Notes: a model not told the origin generated them from the sequence alone. Numbered from the stretch's first letter, positions 29,047-41,599 are shown. The stretch is DNA of 64,000 nucleotides from an uncultured delta proteobacterium (GCA_963804955.1 CAWDSQ010000007.1:256001-320000); one strand, 5' to 3'. Numbers and translations: made by a program.

Positions 29047-30481
29047 GGCCGTAGTCCTTCCAGCGGCGGGTCACCAGCTCGCGCGTTGCCTCATCCATGA
29101 CGATCTCTTCGGGCCAGCTGCGGCTGTGGCCTTCGGCAGGAAGCTTGCGCGTGGCATCGACGCCGGTTTTGGAGCCGAACACCGGCACAGGGGCGGCATG
29201 ATCAAGCACGTCGAGCGGCCCTTTGGTGAAAAACAGATCCCGCTCGGGGTCGACATTGCTGAAGGCTTTCCAGGCAGCCTCGGAGCAGCTCTGCACATCC
29301 ACGTCTGCATCAAAAATCACAATGAGTTTGGTGAACATCATCTGCCCCAGGCCCCACAGGGCCGAGGCGACTTTGCGCGCATGGCCGGGGTACTCTTTTT
29401 TGATCGACACCAGCACGCAGTTGTGAAAAACGCCCTCGCACGGGAAAATTGATATCAACAATCTCCGGCAGCTGCAGCTTTATAAGCGGCAGGAAAATGC
29501 GCTCGGTGGCCTTCCCGAGAAAATAGTCCTCCATGGGCGGCTTGCCCACGATGGTTGCCGGGTACACGGGCGAGCGGCGCCTCGTGATGGCCCGCAGGGT
29601 AAACACCGGGTACTGATCGGCATCGGAATAGAAGCCCGTATGGTCGCCGAAGGGGCCTTCTATGCTGGTCTCTGCGCTCACGGTGCCCTCGAGCACGAAC
29701 TCGGCATGGGCCGGCACCATGAGATCAACGGTTGCGGCCTTCACGGTTTCAACGGGGCTGTTGCGCAGAAATCCGGCAAACATGAGTTCATCAAGGCCCG
29801 GCGGCAGGGGCGCGGTGGCCAGTAGAGCGTTGCCGGATCGCAGCCCAGGGCGATGGCGACTTCGGTATCACGGCCCCGTGCAAGGTTTAAGCGGTGATGG
29901 CCCGCTCCGTCATGATGCAGGTGCCAGTGCATGAAAGCGCGGCGCTCGTCGATTATCTGCATGCGGTACATGCCCATGTTCTGAACGCCCGTTTCGGGAT
30001 GCTTCGTAATGACCAGCGGCAGCGTCACAAAGCGGCCCGCGTCTTTGGGCCAGCACTGCAGCACGGGCAGGCTTTTCAGCAGGGGGCCGTCTTTTTCTAT
30101 GACCTCCTGGCACGGCCCCGAGCGCACGCTTCTGGGCTGAAAATTTTTTATGTCCTTCATGCTCCACAGAAGCTTCATTTTGTCCATGAGCGTGTCGGGC
30201 ATGGCGGTGGGGATAAAGGACATGACCCGCCGGGCAATCTCGTCAAAGCTCTCAACGCCAAAGGCAAAGCAGGCCCGCTCAAGAGTGCCGAACAGGTTTA
30301 TTGCAAGGGGATACGGGCGAATTCTTCACGCGCTCAAACAGCAGCGCCGGGCCGCCGCTCTTTACACAGCGGTCGGCGATTTCGGTTATTTCAAGCACGG
30401 CGTCAACCTCGGCTGTATGCGCTTGAGCTGGCCGGCGGCGTCGAGCTTGTGAAGATAGTCCTGCAGATCAGTAAATGCCAT
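29039..30481 (-). CDS. UbiD-family decarboxylase (menaquinone biosynthesis type), frameshifted
   Basis: NMGMYRMQ, EGPFGDHTGFY, VGKPPMED, IKKEYPGHARK. Confidence 0.9.
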
Positions 30482-30521
30482 AGGTGCTGTCCATTCGGTT
30501 CATTCTGAGGTTATTGTGCGA

Positions 30522-30548
30522 CAGGGGCGGTTCGCGAACCGCCCCTGC
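30522..30548. repeat. GTAG-type REP hairpin
   Basis: CAGGGGCGGTTCGCGAACCGCCCCTG; similar hairpin at 52770-52797. Confidence 0.65.
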
Positions 30549-30597
30549 ACAGCCATTCCAGAAACACCAGTCCCCGTGAGCGGGACGAACCCTGCGG

Positions 30598-31771
30598 CTA
30601 GGCTCAGTTGCCTGCAGTGCTGCAGAAGACCCAGGTTGCTCAAAAACTGCAGCAGGCGGGCAACCAGCCCCGGCACAGGCCGAAGCCAGTTGCGCCGGGC
30701 GTACAGCCTCGACGTTTTTCATTTCTCCCGCTGCAACGGTCACGGTCTCTTCATATTCCGTGGCAACAACCGGAAAGATAAAAGACGCGAAAGCGCGGTT
30801 TCGGCATAGGGCCCCACGCTGGAGCCGCCGGTAAAAAGCGGATAGACGGGTTCCACAAAAAAGCTGTAGGTGCCGGGCGTCAGGTACATTTCAAATGAGC
30901 CGTCGCCCTGCATGCAGTAGTCGGAAACGCTGGAAAACCGGCTCATGAGCTCATCGCCCTCTTTCACCGCAACAATATTGGCGCCCCGGGCCGGCAGGCC
31001 TCTCAGCCAGTGACAGCTCGCCGCTGATGCGGCCGTAGGCAGCCTCCACAATGCTGTCTTCAGCCGGATAGAGCATCGTGAGGGCGGCCTTGTCGTCGGG
31101 GTTGAGGTCCCCAAGCGGCGAATCGTCGTCGGTTGCTGTAGGAAACATGGTCGGGATATAGATATCGTTTTCCGTGACATCGTCATGCACATACTGCAGA
31201 TTGATCTGGCTGTGGTCAAGGCCGATAAAATGGCCGAATTCATGCACAAAGGTCGCCTTGAAAACCGCAGGGGTGAAAACCCCGGTAAAGCGGCCGTTGA
31301 GCAGCGACAGGCCTTCGGTATAGTACCAGCCCTCGACGGAATCATAGTCAGAGGCCGAGCCGGAGAATCCGATAATAATCTCGCTTGCCCCGCTGCCGTA
31401 TAAAGAGTCGATGATGCCGCCGTCGGAGTCGAAAATAACCGGATTGATCCCGTCGGTATCATCGATAAATGCCTCGATATTATCTTGCGTTACATCGGCG
31501 GCAAGAGAGCCAGCGTTCTGAAAGCTGATGCGGCCGTGGGAACTGCCTGCCAGACGCCGAAGCAGTCATCGACTATAGCCGTTGCCTGACTGTTTGAAAA
31601 ATCGCCCAGAAGCGCCCTGGTCGATCGAATAGGGTATGGGCATGGCGCTTGCAGGAAACACGACCGGGGTGCAGTTCCTGTTGGTCAGCAGAGGGCCGCC
31701 GGCATAGGCCGCAGGCGAGACCTGCAGCAGGAGCTATGGCCGAAAGAAGCAGAAAGCGCTGATTTTTTCAT
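30598..31771 (-). CDS. Secreted matrixin-like Zn metallopeptidase, frameshifted; end approximate
   Basis: HEFGHFIGLDH zinc motif and PTMFP Met-turn. Confidence 0.7.
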
Positions 31772-31796
31772 GGCTGCACCTGCCTGCCGGCAACTA

Positions 31797-32338
31797 TCAC
31801 GGCGATAAGATCCATGAGCTCCTGATGCCGCAGGGCGCCGCCGCCCCGTCGAGGCTGCGCTGCCTGATGCCCGGGAAGGTCGCGCCGGGGCAGATTTTTT
31901 CCATGTTCATGCCCTTGAAAAGGCGGCTGTTGCCCCGCTCATTGGCAACCGTTTTTTCTCCGCCGCGCAGCGTTTGCAACCATGAACACCCCCTGCCCGA
32001 AACCGACCGGCGAGCGAGTATCCGCAGATCGCTTTCGGGGTACAGAAACAGCAGCACTTCCTGCCCTTCGACAAACCGGGGGGCGCGGGCATACATGCTT
32101 GCGGCCCTGTGCATGCGCAGGGTCACCGTGTCGGCCGCATCGCCTTTGAGCATACGGTGGGCTGAAAAGGTATAGACAAGGGCGTGCGTCCTGGGTTTCA
32201 ACGCCGGTGCAGACGCCCCAGACAATTTTTCCTGCGCTGCGGCACAGGCCTTCAAGGTTCAGCTCGCGCACAGCTGCGCCGTGGGCATGGCTGCACAGCG
32301 CGCAAAAGCAGTATGCCGGTTATGATGTATCGTTTCAT
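31797..32338 (-). CDS. Exported hypothetical protein, frameshifted
   Basis: ELNLEGLCRSAGKIVWGVC...PRFVEGQEVLLFL...PVGFGQG across frames. Confidence 0.55.
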
Positions 32339-32479
32339 GGCTGGTCCTCTCATGTATTAGTTACCTACATATATACCACGGGATCAGTATAATGGCCACC
32401 GGCCACCTTTTGCTTGACATTACTGCATTTTCAGACAAAAAATAAACATTATTTTTTTACCTGTTCGGAGACCGCTACC

Positions 32480-32965
32480 GTGAGAAGGAAAAATCCTGTT
32501 GTTTGCACTGCTGTGTATCATGGCCGGCGCCGTGCTGCTGCAGGCCTGCACCTCGTTGCCGCAGCAGGAAGGAGATGCAGTCCATGGCCCGGGTTTTTGA
32601 CCGACCCTACGATGAGGTCTGGCTTTCTGTTGAGGACCTGCTGCACCATGATCTCAAATGCATTTTTAAAAAAAATGATAAAAAAGACGGCGTTCTTGAA
32701 ACCGAGTGGGTTCACCGCATGGATACGGAGGGCAAGAAGCGCTGGATGATCCGCGCCACATGTGCGCAACGTGAAAGGCGGCGTCGAAGTGGTTCTGTAC
32801 AAAAAAGTCGAGCTTCAGGACGATGTAAGCAAAAGCATCGATAAATACAGAAACAAAAAAAAGGACAACGCCGCAACGCCCACAAGCGGATGGAAAAAAA
32901 CCGATGTAAATCTGACATCGGTTGATGACCTGTACCGGCAACTGGAGATCAAGCTTGAAAACTGA
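32480..32965 (+). CDS. Putative lipoprotein, frameshifted
   Basis: Joined frames give RVFDRPYDEVW...GVLETEW...VEVVLYKKVE. Confidence 0.55.
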
Positions 32966-32998
32966 CGCGGGCTATTCTGCAGGCTTTCCCTGCGGCGC

Positions 32999-33451
32999 AT
33001 GTTTTTGGCTTTCGTGTGTGCCGCATGGCTGCTTTGCTGCCTGCTGGCACCGGCAAGCTTTGCGCAGGCCGAAAGCCGGCAGCGCAGCCAGTTCAGCCGC
33101 GCGGAGATCAACTGGGCCACAACCTGGATCAACAATGCCCTGCCCAACTTTATGCAAAAGGGCATCATTGTCAAAATCAGCACAAAGGATGACGGCTTTC
33201 AGGTGTTTGCAGGCAAGCCCTGGTATGAGTTGACCTTTACGCAGCAGGGCGAATTTCTGAAAAATCTTGCCCGGTCCCGTGAAATAATCGGCCATCCGCC
33301 GCAGTTTTCGGTTGTTGATGTCGATTCCTCTGCAACCATTGCCCGCGTATCCTGGTCGAACATCGAAATACTCACCCCCACTGAGGGCTTCAAGTACTAT
33401 CAGCCCCCGGCAGATGATGCCGCAACAACCACGACAACCACAGCGTACTGA
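32999..33451 (+). CDS. Exported hypothetical protein
   Basis: Signal peptide ending ASFA, 150 aa. Confidence 0.7.
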   Translation: MFLAFVCAAWLLCCLLAPASFAQAESRQRSQFSRAEINWATTWINNALPNFMQKGIIVKISTKDDGFQVFAGKPWYELTFTQQGEFLKNLARSREIIGHPPQFSVVDVDSSATIARVSWSNIEILTPTEGFKYYQPPADDAATTTTTTAY

Positions 33452-33455
33452 CTTC

Positions 33456-34200
33456 ATGAAAGCATATTTTATAACCGGCACTGACACGGGCGTCGGCAAG
33501 ACCATGGTGACAGGCGCCATTGCCGCTGCTCTGGCAGCCAGGGGGCTTTCTGTGGGCGTACTGAAGCCCTGCGAAAGCGGCTGCGATGAAAAGGACGGCG
33601 AGCTTGTGCCGGCAGACGCGGTTTTTCTGCGGGATATGGCCGGCTGCGCTGACGGGCTTGATGCCGTCTGCCCCTATCGCCTGCGGACTGCGCTGGCGCC
33701 GGGCGTGGCAGCACAGCGTGAAGGCATTGTCATCGATCCGACGCGGATTGAAGCATTTTTTGCCGCTGCCTGCCGCAGGCATGACATCGTGCTGGTGGAG
33801 GGGGCCGGAGGGCTTCTGGTGCCGGTAACTGACACGGCTTCTGACCATAGACCTGGTAAAACTGCTTGCCATGCCTCTCATCATCGTCGGTCGGCTCTCT
33901 CTTGGCGCCATCAACCACATGCTGCTCACGGTGCGCGAAGCGCAGCGGGCAGGGGTGGCGGTTGCCGGCATGATACTCAACCAGACCGCTCAGGAGCAGG
34001 GCCTTGCCGAGCAGACCAATCCTGAAGTCATATGCCGTTTTACCGATGCGCCGCTGCTGGGCATCATGCCGTTTGTGCCGAGCGGCAGACCGCCGGGAAC
34101 AGAAAGGCGCTTGCAGGACCTTGCCGAAAGGCATCTTCTCCTGAGCCTGCTTTGCCTGAAGCGGGCAGCGTCCGAAGCTGGTATTCCGACCCGTAAGCGC
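33456..34200 (+). CDS. bioD: Dethiobiotin synthase, frameshifted; end approximate
   Basis: FITGTDTGVGKT, KPCESG, LVEGAGGLLVP, LGAINH. Confidence 0.9.
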
Positions 34201-34221
34201 CTGCACCGGCTTTGGCCGGAC

Positions 34222-34775
34222 TCACTTCCATGCAGACCCGTTCCACTTCTTATACCGGATAACGCCGGTGCTGATCAAGCCTACGGCGCGGGCCGAGCCT
34301 TTTTTGTTTGTAAAATACACGTATCCGGCATTGCTCAGGCCCATCGGATTAAACGATACCCGCATGCCCTGAAAGGTAACCGGGCTTTCAGGCAGATCTC
34401 CGCCTGATGCTGCAGCGCTTTTCGTCGCCTTACCGAATCCGAACTGCACGCCGCCGGTACCGGCCGCTCAGTGAGCCGTATTCCTTGCCGGGAATGATTG
34501 TTTTGTTCTGTCCGTCCGCATCAAAAACATAATGGCCATCAAACTTTCCACCTGTATCTATGAGTTCAAATTCAATGACAACAGTTCTTTTTTCCTTTAT
34601 GGCCTTCGACCGTGCTCTGCGCAGCAGCGAAGAAAAATCATGGGTTGCCATTGTCAGCCATAGGCTTCAACAGCTTCATTAATATTGGACGACTGAAATG
34701 GCAGACAGTATGCCGAGTATCGTAACCACGACCATCAATTCGACAACGCGTAAAACCTCTTTTCCCCTGCTTCAT
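34222..34775 (-). CDS. GspH/FimT-like prepilin, frameshifted
   Basis: KRGF..VELMVVVTILGILSAI type IV prepilin leader; ARSKAIKE...SFNPMG. Confidence 0.7.
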
Positions 34776-34989
34776 ACCACCCCCAACAATAATAATTAGT
34801 TAGATAATTAAAATATGTAGATAATAATTAGCTTAATTTTTAATTAACTTCAATTAAAAATTTATGCTAGGGCTGTCATATTTATTCCGGGGATACGGCA
34901 TGCAGAGCAGAGAGGATTGAATATATAAAAACCGGATACGGCTTTTTTGAGAATTTTATCACTCCAGGCACAACTTCAATGGCCATACC

Positions 34990-35030
34990 TTGACTTACAT
35001 CAATGATAATTTCTGATGCGTCGCTATAAT
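34990..35030 (+). promoter_or_regulatory. Fnr/HcpR-type box and -10 element upstream of the HPP gene
   Basis: TTGAC-TTAC-ATCAA at 34990-35003, then TATAAT at 35025-35030. Confidence 0.65.
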
Positions 35031-35080
35031 CAATACATAGACTGTCAAACGATTTTTAAAAAAACAGCCGGGGCACAAAC

Positions 35081-35885
35081 ATGGGCGATACCAAAACGAC
35101 TGCTGCGAAAAAAGCCGAAGACCTTTCGGACAGCGATATCTATCAGGCTATGGAAGAAATGTCGGGATATGTGGATATTACGCTGGAGGATTTCAGGGAG
35201 ATATACCGGCATGCCTACCAGCATGCCCACAAAAGTATCCTTGGCACGATCCGCAGATCAAACAGAGGTTGTGCCCGCGGTTCCCTGCGGCAGTGACTAT
35301 CAAAAAACCGTGCCGCCTGCCATGCCGGCAGGCTTGTGCCCGGCTGTAAAAAACTATTTTAAAAAAATGCAGGGCTCGGAGCACAGCCCGCCCCGAGTCG
35401 GGTTAATGGAAATATGCTGGTCATGGAGCGGGGCTTTTTTGGGAATAGCTTTAGTCGCGTACTGCAACTTCACGGTTCTTGACCAATCTGACCTGCTGCT
35501 GCTTATCGGATCGTTTGGCGCTTCGGCGGTCCTGATCTACGGCGCCATTAAAAGCCCGCTGGCTCAGCCCCGGAACCTTATCGGCGGACATATTCTTTCC
35601 GCTGTTATCGGCGTTGCCTGCTACCAGTGCTTTTCTTCCAACCCCTGGCTTGCCTCCGCACTGGCAGTGGCAACGGCCATAGCCGTCATGCATGCAACCA
35701 AAACGCTGCACCCGCCCGGCGGCGCGACCGCCCTCATAGCCGTTATCGGCAGCGAGCAAATCCATAGCCTGGGCTATCTTTACGCGCTTATTCCCGTGGG
35801 CTTCGGAGCTCTTCTGATGCTGGCAGTTGCACTCGTGGTCAACAATATACCTCATTCCCGGAGATATCCGGAATTCTGGATATAA
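35081..35885 (+). CDS. HPP-family membrane protein (N-terminal segment in another frame)
   Basis: GSFGASAVLIYG, SPLAQPRN, TLHPPGGATAL. Confidence 0.88.
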
Positions 35886-36027
35886 GCAGGTACCAGTGAA
35901 AAAATATTTGTCTCAATTATGGCATTAACGGCTGTTGTCCTCATGATCCTTGTGAAGCATAACAGTGAAAATTAAAATTTTGCCTGTTTCAGGATAGGCT
36001 ATGAGTTCTAACACAAAGGAGAAGGTC

Positions 36028-37288
36028 ATGAAAAGACACATCGCTCTACTGACGTATCTTATCGCCGCGATGCTCTGCTGCAGCCTGCCGTGCAGCGCAG
36101 CAGAAGTAAAATTTCCGACCCTCTCCTATGAGGGCGCAGAGCTTGCCGAAGTGAAGGAATGGGAAAAGACCTGGGCCGGCAAGAAGGTAACAACGGAAAA
36201 TGTTGATCAGGTAAAAGAGTTTCTCCATGAAGCTGTGTACAAGGCGATGAAAGATCCATCGATTTTCGGGGCGAAATCCCTCTGGTTTGATATAGTTCCG
36301 TACCGGCCCTATGAGGTATCAAAAGGGCTTATTGAAGCGACGCAGAACTATGCCCCTTCCAGTAAACTCGACGCAAAAGAAGATCTTGTCGGCTACGGAG
36401 ATGTTGCAGGCTACCCCTTCCCGCAGCCGAAAACCGGTATTGAAATGGCATGGAATTTTGATTCCAATACCCGGGGTGACAGCAGCCACCTGTTTCATGG
36501 CGGTACCGTTGTCGACTGCAGAACCGATCATGAGCGTGAAGCAGGTCACCTGCGGTGGGAACTTTCCTGGATAGGACGCTGCGACGTGCCGCCGGTTCCT
36601 AAAATACCAAACAGCGAAAACACGCGCGACATTGCCCGTACATTCTTTGCGCGCCACACAGCGCCAGCCGACTTTGTTGATACCACCATGCTTGAGGTCA
36701 GATATAAGGATAACAGGGAAGAGGATATGTGGGTGTATACGGCGATGTTCAGGCGCATACGGCGCTATGCAACCAGCCAGCGGACGGACACGATCGACGG
36801 CACGGACATGATTTATGACGATCAGGAAGGATGGTACACGCATCCTACCCGCAACACCTACGCTGCCAAAGGCAGGGCCGATCTGCTGGTTGGCAGGCAT
36901 CAGGACCCGAAAAACGTGCAGCGCGAGCATGGCCAGGGATTCTGGAACGGCTTTCAGAGAGAGCGTGCCAACCACTGGGTTGTTGAGGTTATCGACAAGG
37001 ACCCGAGCTATATTTACAGCAGGCAGATATGGTATCTGGACCCGGAAACATGGCAGATGAACTTCAAGGTCATGTACAACCGCCAGGGGAGCTCTGGAAA
37101 ATGTATGAAATAACCTATAACGAAGCTCCGTCGTATGGCGGGGAGAAACAGCAATGCCCAGTTCCGAGCACATTGTCGACTTTATCCGCCGCCATGGAAG
37201 CCCCGGCAACAGGGAGATAAAGGGCGTGGGCATCACTATTCCCCTGAAGCAGTTTACGACCAGAGCGCTGCAGGAAAAATCATATTAA
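36028..37288 (+). CDS. DUF1329-like periplasmic protein, C-terminal frameshift
   Basis: Signal peptide, GYPFPQPKTG.E.AWN, WVY...RRIRR, YSRQIWYLDPET. Confidence 0.8.
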
Positions 37289-37303
37289 CAGGTTGAATAG
37301 CTG

Positions 37304-37657
37304 CTATATTTTCAGATCGTTGCTGAGTTTATACCGTATCTTCAAGGGTTGCGTATAAAATACACAGGCAGACATGCCTGTAAATATAGCAACTACGCCA
37401 AGAATAACCGCGAGTCTTGACCATGGCATTCCAGCGGCTATGCGCTGCGTCACCAGATCATACAACGTTCTGAACCATTCCAGCGATGCTAAGACAAGAC
37501 AAAACTGAACAATGCGAGCTGACCGGCGTTTTGGAATAAAAAGAAGCAGGGGCACGGCCAGGCTGACACCCGCAAGAATAAAAAATCCCGAACGCAGAAA
37601 ATGAGCTGCGATAAGAAGCATACTTATAAAAACCGGGGCGACCCTCAAAAAAATCAT
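37304..37657 (-). CDS. Small membrane protein
   Basis: Four hydrophobic segments, AAHFLR and PWSRLAVILG. Confidence 0.65.
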   Translation of the reverse strand: MIFLRVAPVFISMLLIAAHFLRSGFFILAGVSLAVPLLLFIPKRRSARIVQFCLVLASLEWFRTLYDLVTQRIAAGMPWSRLAVILGVVAIFTGMSACVFYTQPLKIRYKLSNDLKI

Positions 37658-37744
37658 TTCAGCACACCATAATGACTCCCGTTTATTCAACCTGACACAA
37701 ACAAAACACAGCGCAGTTCTTTTTCTCATCTATTTTTTTTCTCA

Positions 37745-37875
37745 GAGCGTGTATGAAAAGTCATGTACTGTCATCCTGAACGAAGTAAAGGATCCATGAA
37801 TTCAGTACAACTACGGGATTCTTCGCTGCGCTCAGAATGACAACACAAAGGTGCTTTGGCTTTTCGTGCACGCTC
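37745..37875. mobile_element. MITE family B (GAG ends, TSD TCA) with internal REP pair
   Basis: GAGCGTGTATGAAAAGTC...GGCTTTTCGTGCACGCTC flanked by TCA; one TCA is the cupin stop codon. Confidence 0.8.
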
Positions 37876-38208
37876 TCAGGACTTTATCATCACGAGCATC
37901 ATTTTCATGCGTGTGAGCGCCTGCAGCGCATGGGGCTTGTTTGCGGGCATGATGATCATGTCGCCGGCTTTGAGGTCATGCGGCACGCCTGCTATTTTTA
38001 TCTGCACCGTGCCGTCAAGCACCTGCACCAGCGCGTCAAACGGAGCGGTATGCTCGCTCAATCCCTGCCCCTGGTCAAAGGCAAAAACCGTGACCGTGCC
38101 CGTATCCTTGCGGATAACCTCGCGGCTGACAATGGAGCCCTGCTGATAGGCAACAATGTCTTCTATAGAAAAAACCTTTCCTGTTTCTTGAGTCATGTTT
38201 TCGGTCAT
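37876..38208 (-). CDS. Cupin-domain protein
   Basis: FAFDQGQGLSEHTAPFDA...MPANKPHAL. Confidence 0.9.
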   Translation of the reverse strand: MTENMTQETGKVFSIEDIVAYQQGSIVSREVIRKDTGTVTVFAFDQGQGLSEHTAPFDALVQVLDGTVQIKIAGVPHDLKAGDMIIMPANKPHALQALTRMKMMLVMIKS

Positions 38209-38321
38209 ACTACCCTCCATACTGTTTTAAAATACCTGTTTTAAATGAAGCCCCTCTTGCCTGTGGCGTTTAGTTTTTTCACCTTTTACCGTTTTTCCGC
38301 GCTGCACGCTCGACTGCTTCC

Positions 38322-39287
38322 TCATTCCGGCTTCTTTTTATCACACAACCCCGGATACAGCTTTTGAGAGCACTCAGGACAAATGCCATGAGAAAAATCA
38401 GCATCTGTTCTTTCGCTGATATAGTGCTCAAAACGCACCCAGGCCTGCTGGTCCCTATAATCTCCATCCTCAACCCTAATCTTTCCGCAGTTGCAGCAGA
38501 CCGGCAAAAGGCCCTCCAGAGTCTTTATTTGCAGCAGCGCATCCTTCAACGCAGCAATGCCCGCAACAAGCTTGCTGCCGGAAAACAAGACAATGAACAA
38601 ACTTATAATCAAAATAAAAATGTGCCCGCCGATAAGCCGCAGCTTCATTTTTTCTATTGCTGCAATAAAAGGAGCATAGGAAAACGATACACTGATCCCC
38701 CCTCTGATATCCCCAACTTTATAGCCCTGTTTTGCATGACAGTTCAGACATGATGCGTCTGTTATCAAAGGCGCCATATACCGGAAGAAGGGGGGGGCGC
38801 CTGATTCATCAAGGATAGAATCCTCTCTTCCGCCCTTTTCAAATCCTTCAAGCACTTTTTGCTCCCAATCAGTTGGCTTATTTACAGGGTTAACTGGTTT
38901 AGCGCTCGTAATGCGCAGCTGAATGCCTTTCTTCCGGCGCAACAACTCGGATATCTGCCGCGTCATAAAGGCTGGATTTATTTTTGTAAGCGGGCCATTT
39001 TCTGTCGTTATGTCACGATCTGGGCTATCAAGATAAGGATTGGGCCGTGTTTCTCCATGTACCGGTGCGTATACGCCGCCATGAAAAGCATTCCATTCCC
39101 GGGCAACAACAATAGTCTCATAAACAGAGCGGGCATTCTGAAGAGCCAACTGCTTATACTCATCTCCAATGTTTTTTATGTTAAAAAAAAGGGAACCCCC
39201 TATCCCGGCAAAAAGGATAAGGCAGACAAAAAGCATAAACCTTCTTGCATCAGAAACAGTCTCAAAAGTCTTTATGCTCGACACCAT
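38322..39287 (-). CDS. Membrane sensor with periplasmic c-type heme domain (DUF3365-like) and Cys-rich cytoplasmic tail
   Basis: TM, HGGVY, NPAFMTRQ, CLNCH, GDIRGGIS, TM, LPVCCNCGKIR...FSHGICPEC. Confidence 0.82.
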   Translation of the reverse strand: MVSSIKTFETVSDARRFMLFVCLILFAGIGGSLFFNIKNIGDEYKQLALQNARSVYETIVVAREWNAFHGGVYAPVHGETRPNPYLDSPDRDITTENGPLTKINPAFMTRQISELLRRKKGIQLRITSAKPVNPVNKPTDWEQKVLEGFEKGGREDSILDESGAPPFFRYMAPLITDASCLNCHAKQGYKVGDIRGGISVSFSYAPFIAAIEKMKLRLIGGHIFILIISLFIVLFSGSKLVAGIAALKDALLQIKTLEGLLPVCCNCGKIRVEDGDYRDQQAWVRFEHYISERTDADFSHGICPECSQKLYPGLCDKKKPE

Positions 39288-39306
39288 GCGGCACGCTCAC
39301 AATAAA

Positions 39307-40501
39307 TTATTTCAGCCTGGCGGCAAAATCTTTCCCGAACTGTACGCAGTCTTCCGTACTTTGAATATCGGGCATCCAGTTTGACCGAATGCCGTCATTC
39401 AACAATTCAAAACCGCTCTCCCGCAGGCTTTCCGTTATAATTTTCACCGACTCGCCGCTCCAGCCATAACAGCCGAAAGCGGCTGCTTTCTTCTTTTTTG
39501 AATGCCAAGGCCCTTTATCATTTCAAGCAGCCCGGCCATGGCAAACAGTATGCCCCGGTTGATGGTGGGCGAGCCGGCAAGTATTGCTTTTGACCTGAAT
39601 ATCTCGGTTATCACGTCGTTCTTGTCCGAGCGGGAGATATTATAGAGCTTCACGGCAACTGCTCCATCGGCCTCGGTAATGCCACTGGCCAGGGCCTCGG
39701 CCATTCTGCGCGTGCCCTCCCACATGCTGTCATAGACTATGGTGATCTGGTTCTCCTGATAGTCGGCGGCCCACTGCTGGTACTTCTGCACAATCTGCAG
39801 GGGGTCTGTGCGCCAGATAACACCGTGGCTGGGGCAGATCATGTCAACCGGCAGACCAAGGGCAAGCACGTCTTTTATTTTTTTATCCACCATCATGTTA
39901 AATGGCGTCAGGATATTTGCATAATACTTGATGCACTCCTGATACAGCTCTGCCTGATCAACAAGATCATTATACATAAGCTCCGAGTTGCATAATGATG
40001 GCCGAAAGCGTCATTGCTGAAAAGCACATTGTCGCGGGTGAGATAGCTGAACATGGTGTCGGGCCAGTGCAGCATGGGCGCTTCGACAAAGATCAGATCC
40101 CGGCTGCCAAGGTTGAGCTTGTCGCCGGTCTTGACGACCTGAAAATTCCAGTCCTTATGATAATATCCCTTAAACGATTTCAGACCGTTTGCCGTGCAGT
40201 AGATCGGCCTGTCAGGTATCTCCTTCATAAGCTCTGGAAGCGCCCCGCTGTGATCGGGCTCGGCATGATTGGCTATGACATAATCAATCTTCTCCAAGGG
40301 CAGCACTGTTTTAAGATTTTCAACAAACTCTTTGCCGAATCTCGCCCATACCGTATCGATGAGTGCTGTCTTTTCATCCTGAACCAGATATGAATTATAT
40401 GTTGAACCCCGGTGCGAGGAATACTCCTCGCCATGAAATTTGCGGATTTCCCAGTCAATCTTGCCGACCCAGGTAATGTTGTCTTTAATTTTAAAGCTCA
40501 T
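39307..40501 (-). CDS. Flavodiiron protein (FprA/ROO type NO/O2 reductase), frameshifted
   Basis: [32 protein letters not shown], flavodoxin YDSMWEGT. Confidence 0.92.
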
Positions 40502-40515
40502 CTGTCATTCCTCCT

Positions 40516-41576
40516 TCACCAATATTTGTTAGTTTTATTTAATTCAGACAAATATTCAGCGCGAAGCTTAGCTGAAAGCTTCTTTGTCAGCGCAAATGCC
40601 TTTTCTACCGTTCTTTCCCGGTCAGCGTTCACCAGACAGCAGGTTGCCGGCGAAAGCATGCTTTGTGATAAAAGAAGATCCCTGTCGATGCCGCTCTTTG
40701 TGAGTTTATTCCCATAAGCTTTTAAGCCGGCTCTCGATGGAGGCAAGGGTTTCTTTTTCAAACGGCTCGATATTTGTCGGTATGCCGCCCCAGACAATAA
40801 TGCCGCCCCGGTCGAGAAAGGCTTTGATTGATGCGGGGTAGGAGGTAAATATTTCTCCGTTGCTGTAGGTATCAAGAGAGAGCACATTCATATCGAGCTG
40901 TCAGCAAAAAATCCCAGTCCGGATTGCCGCAGAGATGGATGCCGACAGGCCGTTCAACAAGAGAAAAAAAAGTCTCCAGATCACGCTTTGCCGCCATGTC
41001 ATTGTAGCCGGACATGCCGCTGAAAACAAACTGCAGCCCCGGCTCATCAATAAACATAAACGCATTGGGGTTAAGCTTTTTTAATTTTTGCAGCTGCACA
41101 TTCACGCGCCGGGCCAGAAACTCAAGCATGAACGGCCGGACAGTATCGTCGAAAATGATGGGCCGTTTATCCTGATCGAGAATATTCATTCCAAGGCTTA
41201 CCGGACCTTCAATCTGCCCCCGAATGGCAGGTCTGTCTGCAAGGTCAAGCGCCAGAAACCGGTGGTATACCGCTGAATAGTTCGTGCTGATATCAAAGTA
41301 TTCCGGCGTCTCAAAATGAGCGGCTGTCTGCTCAATCTCCTGAATAAATTTTTCAAAGGAAAAACTCAGCGTCCGGTCCGTCAGGTTTAACTGTATGCCC
41401 GGAAAATGTTCTGATGCCTGCACATACATATCTTCATAATAGCTGAGCAGGGGAAGCTGCGGCCAGAACGGCACATCAAGAGAAAGCGCTGCTTTCAGCG
41501 CCTGATCGACATCCGTATGCGGCATGACGGCCATTGCTGTTGTGAGAAGATTGCCGGGTATGGTCATGTCAGGCAT
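40516..41576 (-). CDS. Methionine-synthase-like (UROD/MetE fold) hypothetical protein, frameshifted
   Basis: PFWPQLP, FIDEPGL, GIHLCGN, WGGIP, SPATC. Confidence 0.65.
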
Positions 41577-41599
41577 ATCCTTTTCAGTTGCTGTGTATA

